From Schizochytrium sp. TIO01 (Eukaryota; Protista; Bigyra: Labyrinthulomycetes), in contig SMSO01000014.1 of NCBI GenBank assembly GCA_004764695.1, positions 367,648 to 431,647 of the forward strand: a stretch of DNA of 64,000 nucleotides, given 5' to 3'. This document shows positions 1 through 11,700 of the stretch, piece after piece; the first letter of the stretch is position 1, and each line of letters begins with the position of its first letter. The translations under genes and the position numbers were made by a program. Under the pieces are notes generated by a model, which saw nothing but the letters and a program-made list of their open reading frames with translations, had not been told where the DNA came from and ran no database searches.

Positions 1-194
1 CGCAGCGCCGCCGCGCCGTGGATCCAACTTGCCTGCCCTCGCTCGCTCCGTGCTATCTCTGCAGCCTCGAGGGTCGTACTCAACACCAGCAGCGAGGCAG
101 CCAGCTTCGCACGCGAGCAGTGCAGCAATCAATGCATGCATGGATGCATGGATGCCATCAATCAATTTGTCCATCATGTCTTCAAGTCCAGATA

Positions 195-268
195 CGTGAA
201 TGAATGAATCAATCAATCAATCGAGGAGTCGATCAATCAGGCAAGCAAGCAAGCAAGCAAGCAAGCAA
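195..268. repeat. Compound microsatellite (GAAT)n/(CAAT)n/(GCAA)n
   Basis: Directly visible tetranucleotide runs; similar runs recur at about 595-620 (CATTT) and 752-782. Confidence 0.9.
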
Positions 269-1388
269 TTTGCCGAACCTTGTCGTCGTGCTCGCTGCCG
301 TGTCCACGCCTTGGCCGCGTGGAGGCTGCGTGCTCTAAATTCTCGAGCTCTTGGTTTGTTCTGCACGCACGTGTAAGCAGGCAGCTTTGTCCTCCTCAGC
401 TTGTTCCCAGCCAAGCAGGTGAACGTCGTGGTAGGCGCCCTTGAAGCCAACCCCCGTTTGCGTGACATGCACGCACCATCCTGCCCAGCGCCGTCCAGCT
501 TGCCCTTGCCAAGCCACTCCGGCCATTCGCACTCGAGCTTGCTTCGCTGCTCTGACGAAAGAAGAGGTCCTCTCGATCCCTTTCCCATCTTGCACCATTT
601 CATTTCATTTCATTTCATTTGCTCCTTGGACATGCATCCTCAGCTCGAGGATCTGTCTTCGTTGGAGTCTTCTCTTCTTCGCCTCAGCAGGACGACGACC
701 ACGACCACGAGGTGCTGCTTCCCTGTCCGGCGAGCGGCCGAGAGGATGGACGAATGAATGAATCAATTGATTGATTGATTGACAACATGCGCCGCCGCTC
801 ACGCCGCTGACACGGCCGGTTCCTGTGTCCTTTTCGATACTTAATTGGTGTGGCCTTGCTGCCTACAAGTCGCACGCGGAAGAGCTCCACCACCACCACG
901 ACGACGACGTCGACGTCGACGATGACGGCGGATTGGCCAAGATAGGGGACCAGCATTAATCTAGCTTGATAATCAATCTATCAATCTGGGAGCGAATGCT
1001 TCTTCGAAGGCCTCACCGTCGCCGGTATCGTCGTCGAAACATGGGCGTTGTATAATTTGATTATTGGTTGTTGGACTCGCGTCGAACCTGAATTTGCCAT
1101 TTAGCTCCAGCTTCGAGCAGGTCATTGCTTGGCATCGCCTTCGACGGCCAGGTCCTTCTTGCTTGCTTGGCAAGCCTGTTGTTGCCTTTTTCCAAGTTGG
1201 TCAGGGATGTTGGATCTTGGCGGGTGCTTTTCATCGCGAAGAATGGAACTCGCTGCAGAAGACCTCCAAGATCCACGGCCAGGTCGGGGCCGGCCAGCAA
1301 ACGGCAAAGCGAGCGGTGTATTCGCAACGCGGTTTACAGAATCCATCTCTTGAAAGCTTCTCCTAAGCAACTTTAGTTTTTGCTCCAC

Positions 1389-1630
1389 CTACAATATATT
1401 GAAAACAATCAGAAAAGGAACAAAACAGAGATTGCAAAATAAGCGATACAAACAAACAAACAAATAAACAAATAAACAAATAAATAAACAAATAAATAAG
1501 AGAGATAAAAGAAAGAAAGAAAGAAAGAATAAATAAATAAATAAATAAATAAATAAGAGAAATAAATAAATAAATAAATAAATAAATAAATGAATAACTA
1601 AATAAATAGCGCAAGCACGAAGTAACTCAC
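1389..1630 (-). other. Putative spliceosomal intron (242 nt) of an unannotated minus-strand transcript
   Basis: Minus strand reads GAG|GTGAGT at 1630 and TGTAG|GTG at 1389. The interior is pyrimidine-rich (TTTA/TTTG/TTTC repeats), with a CTGAT branch-like motif about 20 nt before the AG. Confidence 0.55.
1447..1606. repeat. Compound (AAAC)n/(AAAT)n/(AAAG)n microsatellite
   Basis: Directly visible; it lies inside the putative intron and explains the spurious ORF 1363..1614. Confidence 0.95.
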
Positions 1631-3011
1631 CTCCTTCGACCTCTTCTTTCTATTATTCAGCTAGCTAGACAAAGAAAGCTCGAGGGAGAAAGCTCGCAAC
1701 CGCTGCGCCATCGACGCCAGGCGGGCACCCGAGCTGACAACACGCGGTCTGCACGCCACAACTTCGCTGCTCAGGTTTCCGCAACGTTTTGGTCTGCACG
1801 TTTTGGAGTCTCGCCTCGTTTGTCTCATCGTTCGTTCGTTCGTGCCGTGGTCAGTCAGCTCAAGGAGCACAAGAATTGCTTGCTTCACTTCTGCGCTCCT
1901 TTTGGGTGAAAGAACCCGAGGCCAGAGCAGCAGCAACCCGAAACTACAGAACAAGCAGCGCTCGGCTGGGCAAAAGACCTCGTCGGCGAGTGGTGTCTAC
2001 TGTCCCTGCGTGGCCCGTTTCTGGCTCGAGAGCTTGCGATTGGCAATCAATCGATCACTCAGAGCAACACAAGAGAGAAAAACGCGGAGCGGCACTTTGT
2101 TTTAGTGGGCTCATCAGAATTTAAGACTTCTACTGAAAACAATTGAATCAGAGGAAAGCAGAAAGAAAGAAAAAAGAAAAGCAAACAGGGCAAAGCAAGA
2201 AAACAAAAGAATCGGCAGAAGAGCAAAAGGAAAAGAGACGTCGAATTCACTCCACGAAATTAACAAACAGCAGGCAATTCCAACAATCGAAAGGCAAACT
2301 ATTGAGAGCTGGAAGGTGGAAGGGCTACACCACTACAACCAAGCGAGTGATTAGTTGCTTCCGTACCGTCTTCAGGTTCCCGACCTCAGAATTCTATATC
2401 CCACTTGCCCCGCACCACTGCAAATCAATTATAGCCGCCACAAGTGACTTATAGTTGCCTCGCTGTGGTTTATACGGCGCCGCACTTTGGCCTAGCCAAT
2501 TATTAGCATCACTGTCTAGGCGCTTTCGGCAAGTGAATTATTCCCCGCGCAAAGTAGAGTATAGAGGGCTAGAAGTAGACTAAAACGGCTATTGTTCACT
2601 TGTGGCTCGCCTGGTTGTTTGACTGTTGGCTGCTTTCCGCATCGGCGGGAGAGCTTGCTTTCTGTGCGTTATCGAAAGAAGAAGTGAGGATTAACGTGCT
2701 TTGAAGAAGCAGAGAAAGAGAGAACTCCCCCCCTCTTTATCCCTGGGACTGGGAAGGAGACTAACAACACGATTCGAAAGGAGCAAAGTTATGCCTAAAC
2801 TAACAACTGTCCTAGAGTTGGAAACAAACAATTGGAAAGAGAGAGAAAGTAAAAGTAAAAAGAGAAAGGGAAATAACAAAAAACAAACAAAACAAACAAA
2901 AACAAAAAAGAGAAAAAGAAAACAAATTTTTAAGAAGGAGAAAAGAGAAGAAGAATAATAAAGCAAATTGAGAAATCAATCAAATTGCAAAACAGCGATT
3001 TGATTGAATCA

Positions 3012-3039
3012 CAGCAGCAGCAGCAGCAGCAGCAGCAGC
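3012..3039. repeat. (CAG)n trinucleotide repeat upstream of the hemerythrin-RING gene
   Basis: About 9 CAG units visible. Confidence 0.9.
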
Positions 3040-3094
3040 AAGCAAAGCAAGAACCATTGAGGTGCTTGGCGGCGCTAGCGAAGCGGCGTCCGCG

Positions 3095-4867
3095 ATGGGC
3101 AGGGGCTGCGGCGGTGGTTGCGGTTCCGGCGGCCTCGGCCGCACGCCCGTCGGCGGAGCTACCGGCGCTCAGGCCCGTGGTCCACACTCCCATCATCACC
3201 ACCATGGTGGCAGCATGGGCGACGGGGGCATGGGCGATAATAGCAAAAAGGATGGCTCAAAAGAGGCACGCAAGCAGCGCATGCTTCCGCACCTTGAGCT
3301 CATGGAAATTCACGACTGCCTCCGCAGGGAGGTGACTGAGTTGGCCGAGCGCGTAGAGCATCTCAGACTCTCCACTGCCAGGCGTGAAGAGTGGCCGGAG
3401 TCACTCGCAAAGCTGCTTCAGCAATTTGACTTCTTCTTCGTCGTGTATCACTCTCACTCCAAGGCCGAGGATGACGTCATTATCCCTGCACTTGTGCACA
3501 AAGGTCTCGCAGCTGAAGCCGAAGCAGAATTGCATGACGAACACGACGGTCAATCTCGTGCCTTCGAAGAGGTTAGAATTCTGCTGCTGCATCTGCGAGG
3601 ACAGGGCGTATCACAACTGGATAGTAGAAGACTTCATGAGCTTCAAAAATTGGTGGACCATCTCGCAGACTTGGTGGACCGCATTAAGGCCTCGGTCATG
3701 CTGCACTTTCGAAAGGAAGAAGAAGAACTCTTCCCTTTGCTTAATCAGTCATTCGGGGATCTTGAGCTGCTCACGCTGGCAGGGCACATTTTGGGAAGCA
3801 GGTCCAGTGACCAGGTGAATAAATACATGCAGATGATCATCAGGGACCTGCCATCGGAAGACAAACATAGAGCGATTGAGAGCATCAAGGCGGCAGCGGA
3901 AGGAACAAGGTTCTCGTCGTGGCTGGAGCAGGCACAGCTCAGGAACGTCCTGCCGATAGACATGTCAGCATGCCGAAACCTCACGGTCAGAGACAACCCA
4001 GCTGCAGTACCATCCTTGCACACACCATGTCATGACCCCAAGTGCTGCCCATCAGAACTCGTACAGCAGCAGGACCAGCAACGCGTTTTTGGCTGTAAAC
4101 ACTACCGCCGTAGCTGCAAACTTGTCATGCCATGCTGCAACAGACTCTTTACATGCCGTCTTTGCCACGACGAGGCTATCACCGAAGAGTCGATTCGTCG
4201 CGGACACAATTTCCAGTGGCACCAGGCCAACCGCTACGAAATCAAACAAATGTGGTGCATGCATTGCTCCACGCTGCAGCCTGCTGCAGCCAATTGCGCC
4301 GTGTGCAGTGCGTCCATGTCGCGCTACTGCTGTAATATTTGCAACCTTTACGATGACGCCCCCCTTCGTGATATTTACCATTGTCCTTACTGTAATGTTT
4401 GCCGCCTTGGCAAGGGCCTCGGTGAGGATCTCGTGCATTGCATGAAGTGCAATGCTTGCATTTCCACCCGCCTAAAAAACCATGTCTGCCGAGAGCGCAC
4501 TCTTGAAGATGACTGCTCTATCTGCCAGACAAGTCTTTTTGACGCCACAGAGCCTCTGCAGCTCCTCAAATGTGGTCATTTTATGCACAGGAAATGCTAC
4601 CACGATTATGTTAAGACTAATATTCGCTGTCCCACTTGCCGCAAATGCGTGCGAGATATGAGCATGGTCTGGGCAAAATACGACAGCTTTTGGGACCAGG
4701 TGCGCAACAATCCAAATGCTCACCGTTCTGCACCCATTTTTTTGCGTTGCCTTGAATGTGGCGCTCAATGCCAGACCACCAGGGCTTCAACAGATTCATC
4801 TCTAGTGAATTTACCCGATAAGTGCCTTCAATGTGGCTCGTACAATACTGACTGTAGCTTTGTGTGA
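3095..4867 (+). CDS. Hemerythrin (HHE) + CHY/CTCHY zinc finger + RING-H2 + C-terminal zinc ribbon E3 ubiquitin ligase (BRUTUS/HRZ-like; Pirh2/RCHY1-type C-terminus)
   Basis: Hemerythrin ligands: EIHDCLRRE, YHSHSKAEDDVIIP, LHDEHD, LHFRKEEEELFP. CHY: GCKHYRRSCKLVMPCCNRLFTCRLCHD. CTCHY: YHCPYCNVCRLGKGLG..HCMKCNAC. RING: CSIC..CGHFMHRKC..CPTC. Terminal CLECG..CLQCGSYNT. First in-frame ATG is at 3095 (the track starts at GTG 3062). Confidence 0.9.
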   Translation: MGRGCGGGCGSGGLGRTPVGGATGAQARGPHSHHHHHGGSMGDGGMGDNSKKDGSKEARKQRMLPHLELMEIHDCLRREVTELAERVEHLRLSTARREEWPESLAKLLQQFDFFFVVYHSHSKAEDDVIIPALVHKGLAAEAEAELHDEHDGQSRAFEEVRILLLHLRGQGVSQLDSRRLHELQKLVDHLADLVDRIKASVMLHFRKEEEELFPLLNQSFGDLELLTLAGHILGSRSSDQVNKYMQMIIRDLPSEDKHRAIESIKAAAEGTRFSSWLEQAQLRNVLPIDMSACRNLTVRDNPAAVPSLHTPCHDPKCCPSELVQQQDQQRVFGCKHYRRSCKLVMPCCNRLFTCRLCHDEAITEESIRRGHNFQWHQANRYEIKQMWCMHCSTLQPAAANCAVCSASMSRYCCNICNLYDDAPLRDIYHCPYCNVCRLGKGLGEDLVHCMKCNACISTRLKNHVCRERTLEDDCSICQTSLFDATEPLQLLKCGHFMHRKCYHDYVKTNIRCPTCRKCVRDMSMVWAKYDSFWDQVRNNPNAHRSAPIFLRCLECGAQCQTTRASTDSSLVNLPDKCLQCGSYNTDCSFV

Positions 4868-5746
4868 ATCAAATCCATATCTTCGATTTTATGCAATTTA
4901 TTGCCTCTTCATTTATTTTAAAATTTCAAAACAACCATAAAACTAGCATTCGTAACTCGCCTCTCTAATGTGCGAACAAGACTTTAATTCGTTCGTGCTT
5001 GGGTCTCTTCACTATAGTGCAAGATTTTTCTATCATTTTGCAAGAATCAAACAGTTGTAGTGGACGAGATCATGGTCAAAAAATATGAATTAATAAGAAA
5101 AGAATTTTTTAAAAATCACCCAGACCAAGATCAAAAATATCTTCGTGAAGACCTAGGTCTAAACATGCCTAAATATACATGTTATGATTATTTATTTATT
5201 TTCAAATTCTTTTCTCTCCAAATAACGAACTTGAAAAACATTCTCTTTATCCAACATAAAATAAAACGCTTCTTTCAATATATATTTTTTCCACTGTTGC
5301 TGTGAAGAACTAAAGTCTCACACTGAGCCTTGCAGAAAGGTAGATTTTTTCTTAATATTTTATTCTAAAGATGTATGTAAATAAAAATCAGTTGCTGAAA
5401 ATAATACAATTTTTAATTACTAGATTACACACCAGGCTACATAACTATGATGAGATCGAATCCGAGTTATATGCTCAGCACCATTCATATTCTGTCAAGC
5501 CAACCCTTTTAAGTTAGTTTTACTCGTTTCAAATTCGTGAGGAATAGACTCAGACTGAATTTCTCAGATGCTGACAGTGAATTTTTTTTTAAAATCAAAG
5601 TAATTAGTTAGCAGTAATAAAACAACTGTGAAGTTTTCAGGTCGTAGTTACACGACGCAATTATTGCAAGCCAGGTATTCTTTGTGCTCTCAATATTATT
5701 AGATTTATAAACAAACAAAAAATAAAGTGTTCAACTAGGTACTACA

Positions 5747-8700
5747 CTAAGATTGTGCTTCTTCCTGTGTACGAATCAATAAAGCTACAATTGCAGCTTT
5801 TTCGTCCTTGATTTGCTCCACAGTTTGACGAAGTAAAGCGAGTTCCCCTGACTCCACACCTTCCAGTTGAGGGGGTATTTGTTTTCCTTTGTGAAAATAT
5901 TCTAGGGAAGTACTGCTTTCATGAAGTTGCCTCTCGAGCTCCACGATGCGCAGCTGTTGCGTTTCAACGACCATTCGAGCAGCTTTCAAGCTTTCCATTT
6001 CTTGAGATTGCTCTGCAATCTGAAGCTCGAGCGCCTTTGCAATCACCTCATCGTCAGAGTCTCTCTTATTCACTGATATTGATGCTTGGTTGGACATAGT
6101 GTGCTCCATTGCTAGACTTTCTTTATGCGTCTCCAGAACTCGCAACTTCTCCGAGAGCTCCGTACTGAAAGCAAGGGCTTTACCATGTTCTCCTTTCAAC
6201 CTGTCTAATTCTTCTTCACTCTCCGCAATCCGTTTCCTGAGTTGCTCGACCTCTCGCTGGTCCTCCTCTCTACAAAACTTTTCTTCGTATCCACCCGCTT
6301 TGAATTCAACCAACCTCACCTGCTCCGCTTCCACTTTTAGGTCTTCATCGTGCTCCAAACGACCCAGTTCGCGGGATCGCTTTGCATGCTCCGCCCTCTC
6401 TCCACGCAGCTTCTCCACCATCTCCTGCAGCTCCACGACTTGTCTTCTCAGCCTTTCCTCGCTCCCTTTGCCGCCACCACTCGCCTCCTGTTCTTCTTCA
6501 TCGTCTCCATCTCCATCACGCCCTCGCTCCGCAGACTCTGCCCTCTCACCATCGTCGCAGACACCATCGTGCCTGACTTCCCCCACAGGTCCCGTGTGAC
6601 CACGCTCCTGTAACTGTGGGTGCACACCCATGTTTGCACGGGCGCTGCCGCCGCCGCCGCTTCGTTTTGGAGGGCCGCCGCCGCCTTGAACTTCCGGGAG
6701 CTCTTCCAAGCAGACGCCATGCTCGTGCTCGCACGTGCCAGCTTTGGGGCAGAGGCGGCCTGGGGTCGTTCCCTGGGCTGCTCGAGCTGCACATGTCGCT
6801 CGCCCTCCTTGGCGGTCAGCTCTGCGTCGACCTGTGGTTGGAGATTGGGGTGGCGAGGGTGGAGAAGTGGCCACGTCGCGGCGTCTTTGTGACGTCTGCG
6901 TGGACGCCGTGGCGCAGCTCGGCGTCTTCTGCTTCACGCGGTTGCTTCTGGAGACACTCTTGGGGCTTTTCGGCGGGTCTTCGGATGCTGCGGCGGCGGT
7001 TTCACGCTCGCGGAACTTGGACAGCTCTTCGAGCAAGGTAGAATTAGCACGCTCCTGGGCGCGGAGTTGGGCGCTGAGCACCTGGATCTCTCCAGAACTC
7101 ACGCGGGTGTCTTCGAGTTTGGTCTGCTGCAGTTCTACGAAAGCAGTGCGCTTGCGAAGAGCTGCCTCGCCCTTTTGCAGACCACGTGCGCGCTCCTGGA
7201 GCTCGTTGCGAGCGGCCTCGAGCTGCAGCGACTTTTCCTGCAAAACCACCTCTTGGGCATGGTTCTTTTCCCATGCCGCTTCAAGGCGATCAGCATTGGC
7301 TTCCATCTCCAGGAGCGCTGTGGCCCACTGCTCGCGCTCCGATTCGAGCTCCTTCACTCGTGCCTGCGCTGACTGAAGCGCCCCTTGCGACTTGAGGAGA
7401 GCTGCCTCGTGCTCTCGCTTCTCTTGCTCGGTGTGGCACTCTGCAGCCTTGAAGGCTTCGCTTACTGCAGCATATGCTGTTTGCACAGCTTCGAGCTCCT
7501 TTGACCGCGCCTCCAAGTAGACAGCGCGCTGTACCAAGTCCGCATGCGCAACCTTGAGCGAGAGTAACCTGCGGCGACTCACACGCAGCCCCAAGCACTG
7601 TACTAAAAGCACCTTGCATGCGATTTCGAGCTGTTTTCGCTCGTGCTCAGATGTCTGGTACTTAACAGCAATACTAACCAAACTTTTTGTCATCGTTTGA
7701 GAAGCCACACGAAGGTGTGCGAATTGTGGCTTGAGTTCCTCAAGCTGTGAGACCATGGCTTGGGCAGTTCTATGCTCATGCTGCAAAGCATTATAGGAGG
7801 CTCGAAGCTCTAGCATCTTGCATGAAAGAAGATGGATACCTTCACGAAGCTGAGTACTATTTGTCTCAGCATGGCATTTGCTCTCTGAAAGCTGATCCGA
7901 CAGCGCCTGTAGGGCTTCTATGCGTTTCTGCAAGTCGTTATTTTCTTCAGTAAGGGTCGAAAGTTTCCGTGACGCTTGTGTGAGTTCTTTATTTTGCCGT
8001 GAAAGGGACTGCATCTCAAGGCGAATTTCGCGAAGACATCCGCGTATTTGATCATTCTGTGCACGCAAAGATCCAATATCTGTTTCGAGAGTGCCATTTT
8101 GCTCCTGCAAGCTGTTCACTTGGTCCTCGAATTTCTTACATACATTTTGGGAATGGATCAGTCGGGCTTCTAGTTGTTGCTCTGAAGCTATGTGCGTCTG
8201 CAGCTCCTCACGTGCTTCCCTTAAGTAGCTTTCGAACTGGTTCTGCGATTGCACGCTTGCTTCCAAGTCCTGCTGAAGTTCATTGATACGTTCTAATCGA
8301 GCGATGGCAAGTTCGTTCTGCCGATGGGCATCACGTAGCGCTCTTTCAAGATTACCTTCAAGCTCGCCCACCCGAAGCTGAGCTCTACATAATTCGCTCT
8401 CCAAACGGCGCTCAGAGATTCTAATTTCCTCGAGTTGAGAATCTGCAGCTCTGTGTGCCACAATTTTAGCTTCCTGTCTTTTGCAAGTTGCTTTCGATTT
8501 CTCTAGGTCAAGCTGAATCGCATGTAAATCATCCGTTTTCTTTGACAACTGTTGTCGAAGGAGATCAAAGTCGTGCATTGCTGATTGTTCTCGCAGCATG
8601 GCTTCCGCCAAGGAAGTCTTGTGCTGTACATTCTCAGTTTCACACCGTTTTTCTAGATCTCGGATACGCCCCTCCTGCATTGTTATCACCTCACTGAGTT

Positions 8701-11700
8701 CCTGGATTTTCAGTTCTTGTTCGCTGATAGTTTTTAAACGTTCCTTTCCTTGCTTACGAGACTCTTGAAGCATCTCTATCACAGCTTGAACTTCGCCTCG
8801 TGTGTTTTCTAAGCCACTTTGATGCTCTTGAACTTCTTCCTGTAAAGTTCCAATCAATTTGGATTGCTCCGTCTTCTCAAACTCTAGTTTCTGAAACTGC
8901 TTTCGGTTAACAACCACTGTTGCTTGTAGACGTGTGATTTGATCCTTTTTATGTTGGATTTCTCCTTCCAGCTTTCCCTGGTAATCGCGAGCGCGATTTA
9001 GCTGTTTTTCAAATTCATCCCGCGAAATGATCGTTCTTTCAAGGTCTTTGATTAGCTCTTTGTGCTGCTTAGCAAGATTCTTGTATTTTGTCTCGAGGAG
9101 TCCACGTTTAGATGCAAGCTCAGAGCATTGTGCTTCAGCATTATTTTTTGCTTCCAATGTATTGACAAGCATGGCATGAGTAGTTGCACACTCCTGGCAA
9201 GGCGACTCACAAGGTGCTTCTGCTGATTGGAAAGACCTTGTCTCCTCAATTTCATCCAGCTCGTCCCGAAGCGCTCCATTCTGTGCATTAAGTGAAGCTG
9301 CTGCTGCAATAGCAAAGATAGACCGTATACGTTCATGCTGAAGCTGTGACACATACGAGTTTCGAACGCGGCACACACGATCTAGCATATCTTGCGTTTG
9401 TCTTAGACCCTGATAGCAAAGAACTCCTGCCTTGGCAATATTCGCGTAAAAATCTAGTTGTTTACAAAGTAAATGTCTTTCGTGCATCCAAAATTGTATC
9501 GCTCGAATAAGAGTACATGTTTTTCTTTTAGCTGATACCTTTGCCGCTGCTGTTTTCGCGCACAAGACCCCTTGACGTCGAGTAAAGGCAACTAGGGAAT
9601 TCTCTTTTAATTTTTCTTGCTCAACATTGAAAATATGCATTCGAGTAGTGCATTCAAGAAGGTTTTTTCGAGCACCTCGTAATGAAACATTTTCTCTACG
9701 GAGGACACAATACGTTTCCTCTATATCTCGAAGCTTGTTTGTAGCTACCTCCAGTTCGCGAGATTTTGTCTCCATATCCTCCTCTAGCATAGAACTCCGC
9801 GATTGCAAACTCACAATCAGACTGCTTTGTGCCTCATTTTCTTTCGTAAGTGCAGCTACACGAATTTCGAGCTGATGATTCTGCACTCTCCAATGTTCAC
9901 ACATATTCTTATTTTCGACTAACTCCTCATGCAACTCGGTTCGTGAACGCTGAAGCTCCTTGTTTTTATGTTCAAGACCAGCCAAGATGGATTCAAGTCT
10001 TGCTAGCTGAGACTGTGCCTCATCATATTTGGACTGGTTCACAGATACAGAGTCTTGTAGATTTGTGTGCTGCACCTTTAAAAGAGTGTGACTTTCTTCC
10101 AAATGCAAAAGTTCTGCTTCTGATTGAGCCTTCTCAGCTTGAAGAATTTCAAAATCAGCTTTCGAGGTACGTAAACTATCAGCGAGTTGGCCCCGTCCTT
10201 TGACAACTTCGTCATAGTCATCTTGTAGGTTTGAAAAACTGACTTCCATAGCTTGATGATCATTCTGTAGTAAATCTAGCGAAGCTTTGGTCTGTGTGAG
10301 ATTACTTTGCACTTCAGTCTTTTCAACTTCTAATCGCTGTAGCTCTTTTTGTATGCTTTCTGATTTGTCACGCAAGTGCTCTATGGTAGTCTCAAGCTGA
10401 CAAGTGAGTTTTTTCATTTCCCGTTGGGCTTTTTCCTGCGCAGTAATGTGTCGTAAACTCTCCTCGAGCTTTAGCTTCAAGGTGGAGCATTCACACGGCG
10501 CTTGAACTGGTCCTGGAACTTCTACTGTTGATGTTGCCTGATCACACACTCGTGGACTCTGTGTCTGTGTCTGCATATTCGAATGGCACAAGCTTTTGAT
10601 GTCGTCCTGAGATTTTAACACCTCAGTCATGACTGAACGATACTGTAGTGGCCACAGAAGATCTTGAGTCCGCCGGAGTTTGCTCTGATACAATTCAATC
10701 TTATCACGTAATATTTTCGTATTTTCTAAATCCTTCGAAATGCCCAACTTATAATTTTGTTCCTTTGCAGACGCTTCAGCAAGAGATTGTAAAAGTTCTT
10801 GCTTGCTCTTAGAACAAGTCTCTAGTTCTGATCTCAGCAAATCAATCTGACTTTGCGATTCAAGTTCGCTTTGCGCGTATATTGCGCCTCGCTTCACTAC
10901 TTCTGCACGTGCTTTATTGAGTTCCAGTTGAGCTCTATCGCTCATTTCAGCCTTTTGCCGCAGGTCATTCATGAGGCTCTTTGCATTGGACTCTTTCTCC
11001 AAAAATACGTGCTCACGTTGAAGGGCCTCGACGTGCGCTTCTGCCAGGCTTTTATCAAGCTTACTTTGTAGAACTTGTATCTGGACTTCCCATTCCCCTT
11101 TCTCGCGTAAATGAACCTGTAAATCTCGTGTGATCTTGTCTTGTGCTTCATCGAGGTCTTCTTTGAGTTGACGACAAGCCTTCTCCTCTTGTGTTAATTT
11201 TAACTTGAACATCTCCACGTTAGATTGAAGTTCTTCAGTATAAGAGTGATCTTTCTCCTGAGCGCTTTTTAGCTCGCAAAGCTCAACATTTTGCGCATGA
11301 AGCTGAATACTCATGGCTTGTGTCTCCTCACGCATACTTGATATTTTTTCACACAGTTCAGTGTTTCTGTTTTCAAGATCAGCAACCGAAAGCGCCAATT
11401 GACTCGCATCTTCTTCAGCAGAGTTGGCTCGCCCCCGAGCCTCTCGGATTTCAGACGATTGTGCTGCAATAGTGTCTTGTGCGGCTTCGAGAATTTTATT
11501 GAGCCGACGAACTTCGCTTTGTGCGGTAATTACTTTCCTGGTGTCATGCTCATATTTTTCCTGGAGCACTTCGAGATCCTCTTTAGCATGCTTGCACTCT
11601 TTGTCAGCGTATTCTGCGCGTGTTTCAGCCTCCTGTTGGGCGCACCGAGCTCTATGAAGCTTTTCTTCAAGCAGCTTAACATCACCTCTATACGATGCTA

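Noticed and set aside
1-1100. Several overlapping short ORFs in GC-rich, microsatellite-studded DNA; also considered as subtelomeric or rDNA spacer
   Set aside because: No recognisable protein motifs, rRNA sequence or telomeric array.
1363-1614. 83-aa 'membrane' ORF (IYLF repeats), and similar F/L- or K-rich ORFs at 2059-2454, 2691-2966 and 41986-42207
   Set aside because: Translations of microsatellite or A-rich tracts, not genes.
5445-5575. ATGATGA ... CTGA resembling a C/D-box snoRNA
   Set aside because: No terminal stem or recognisable rRNA-antisense guide; such motifs are expected by chance in AT-rich DNA.
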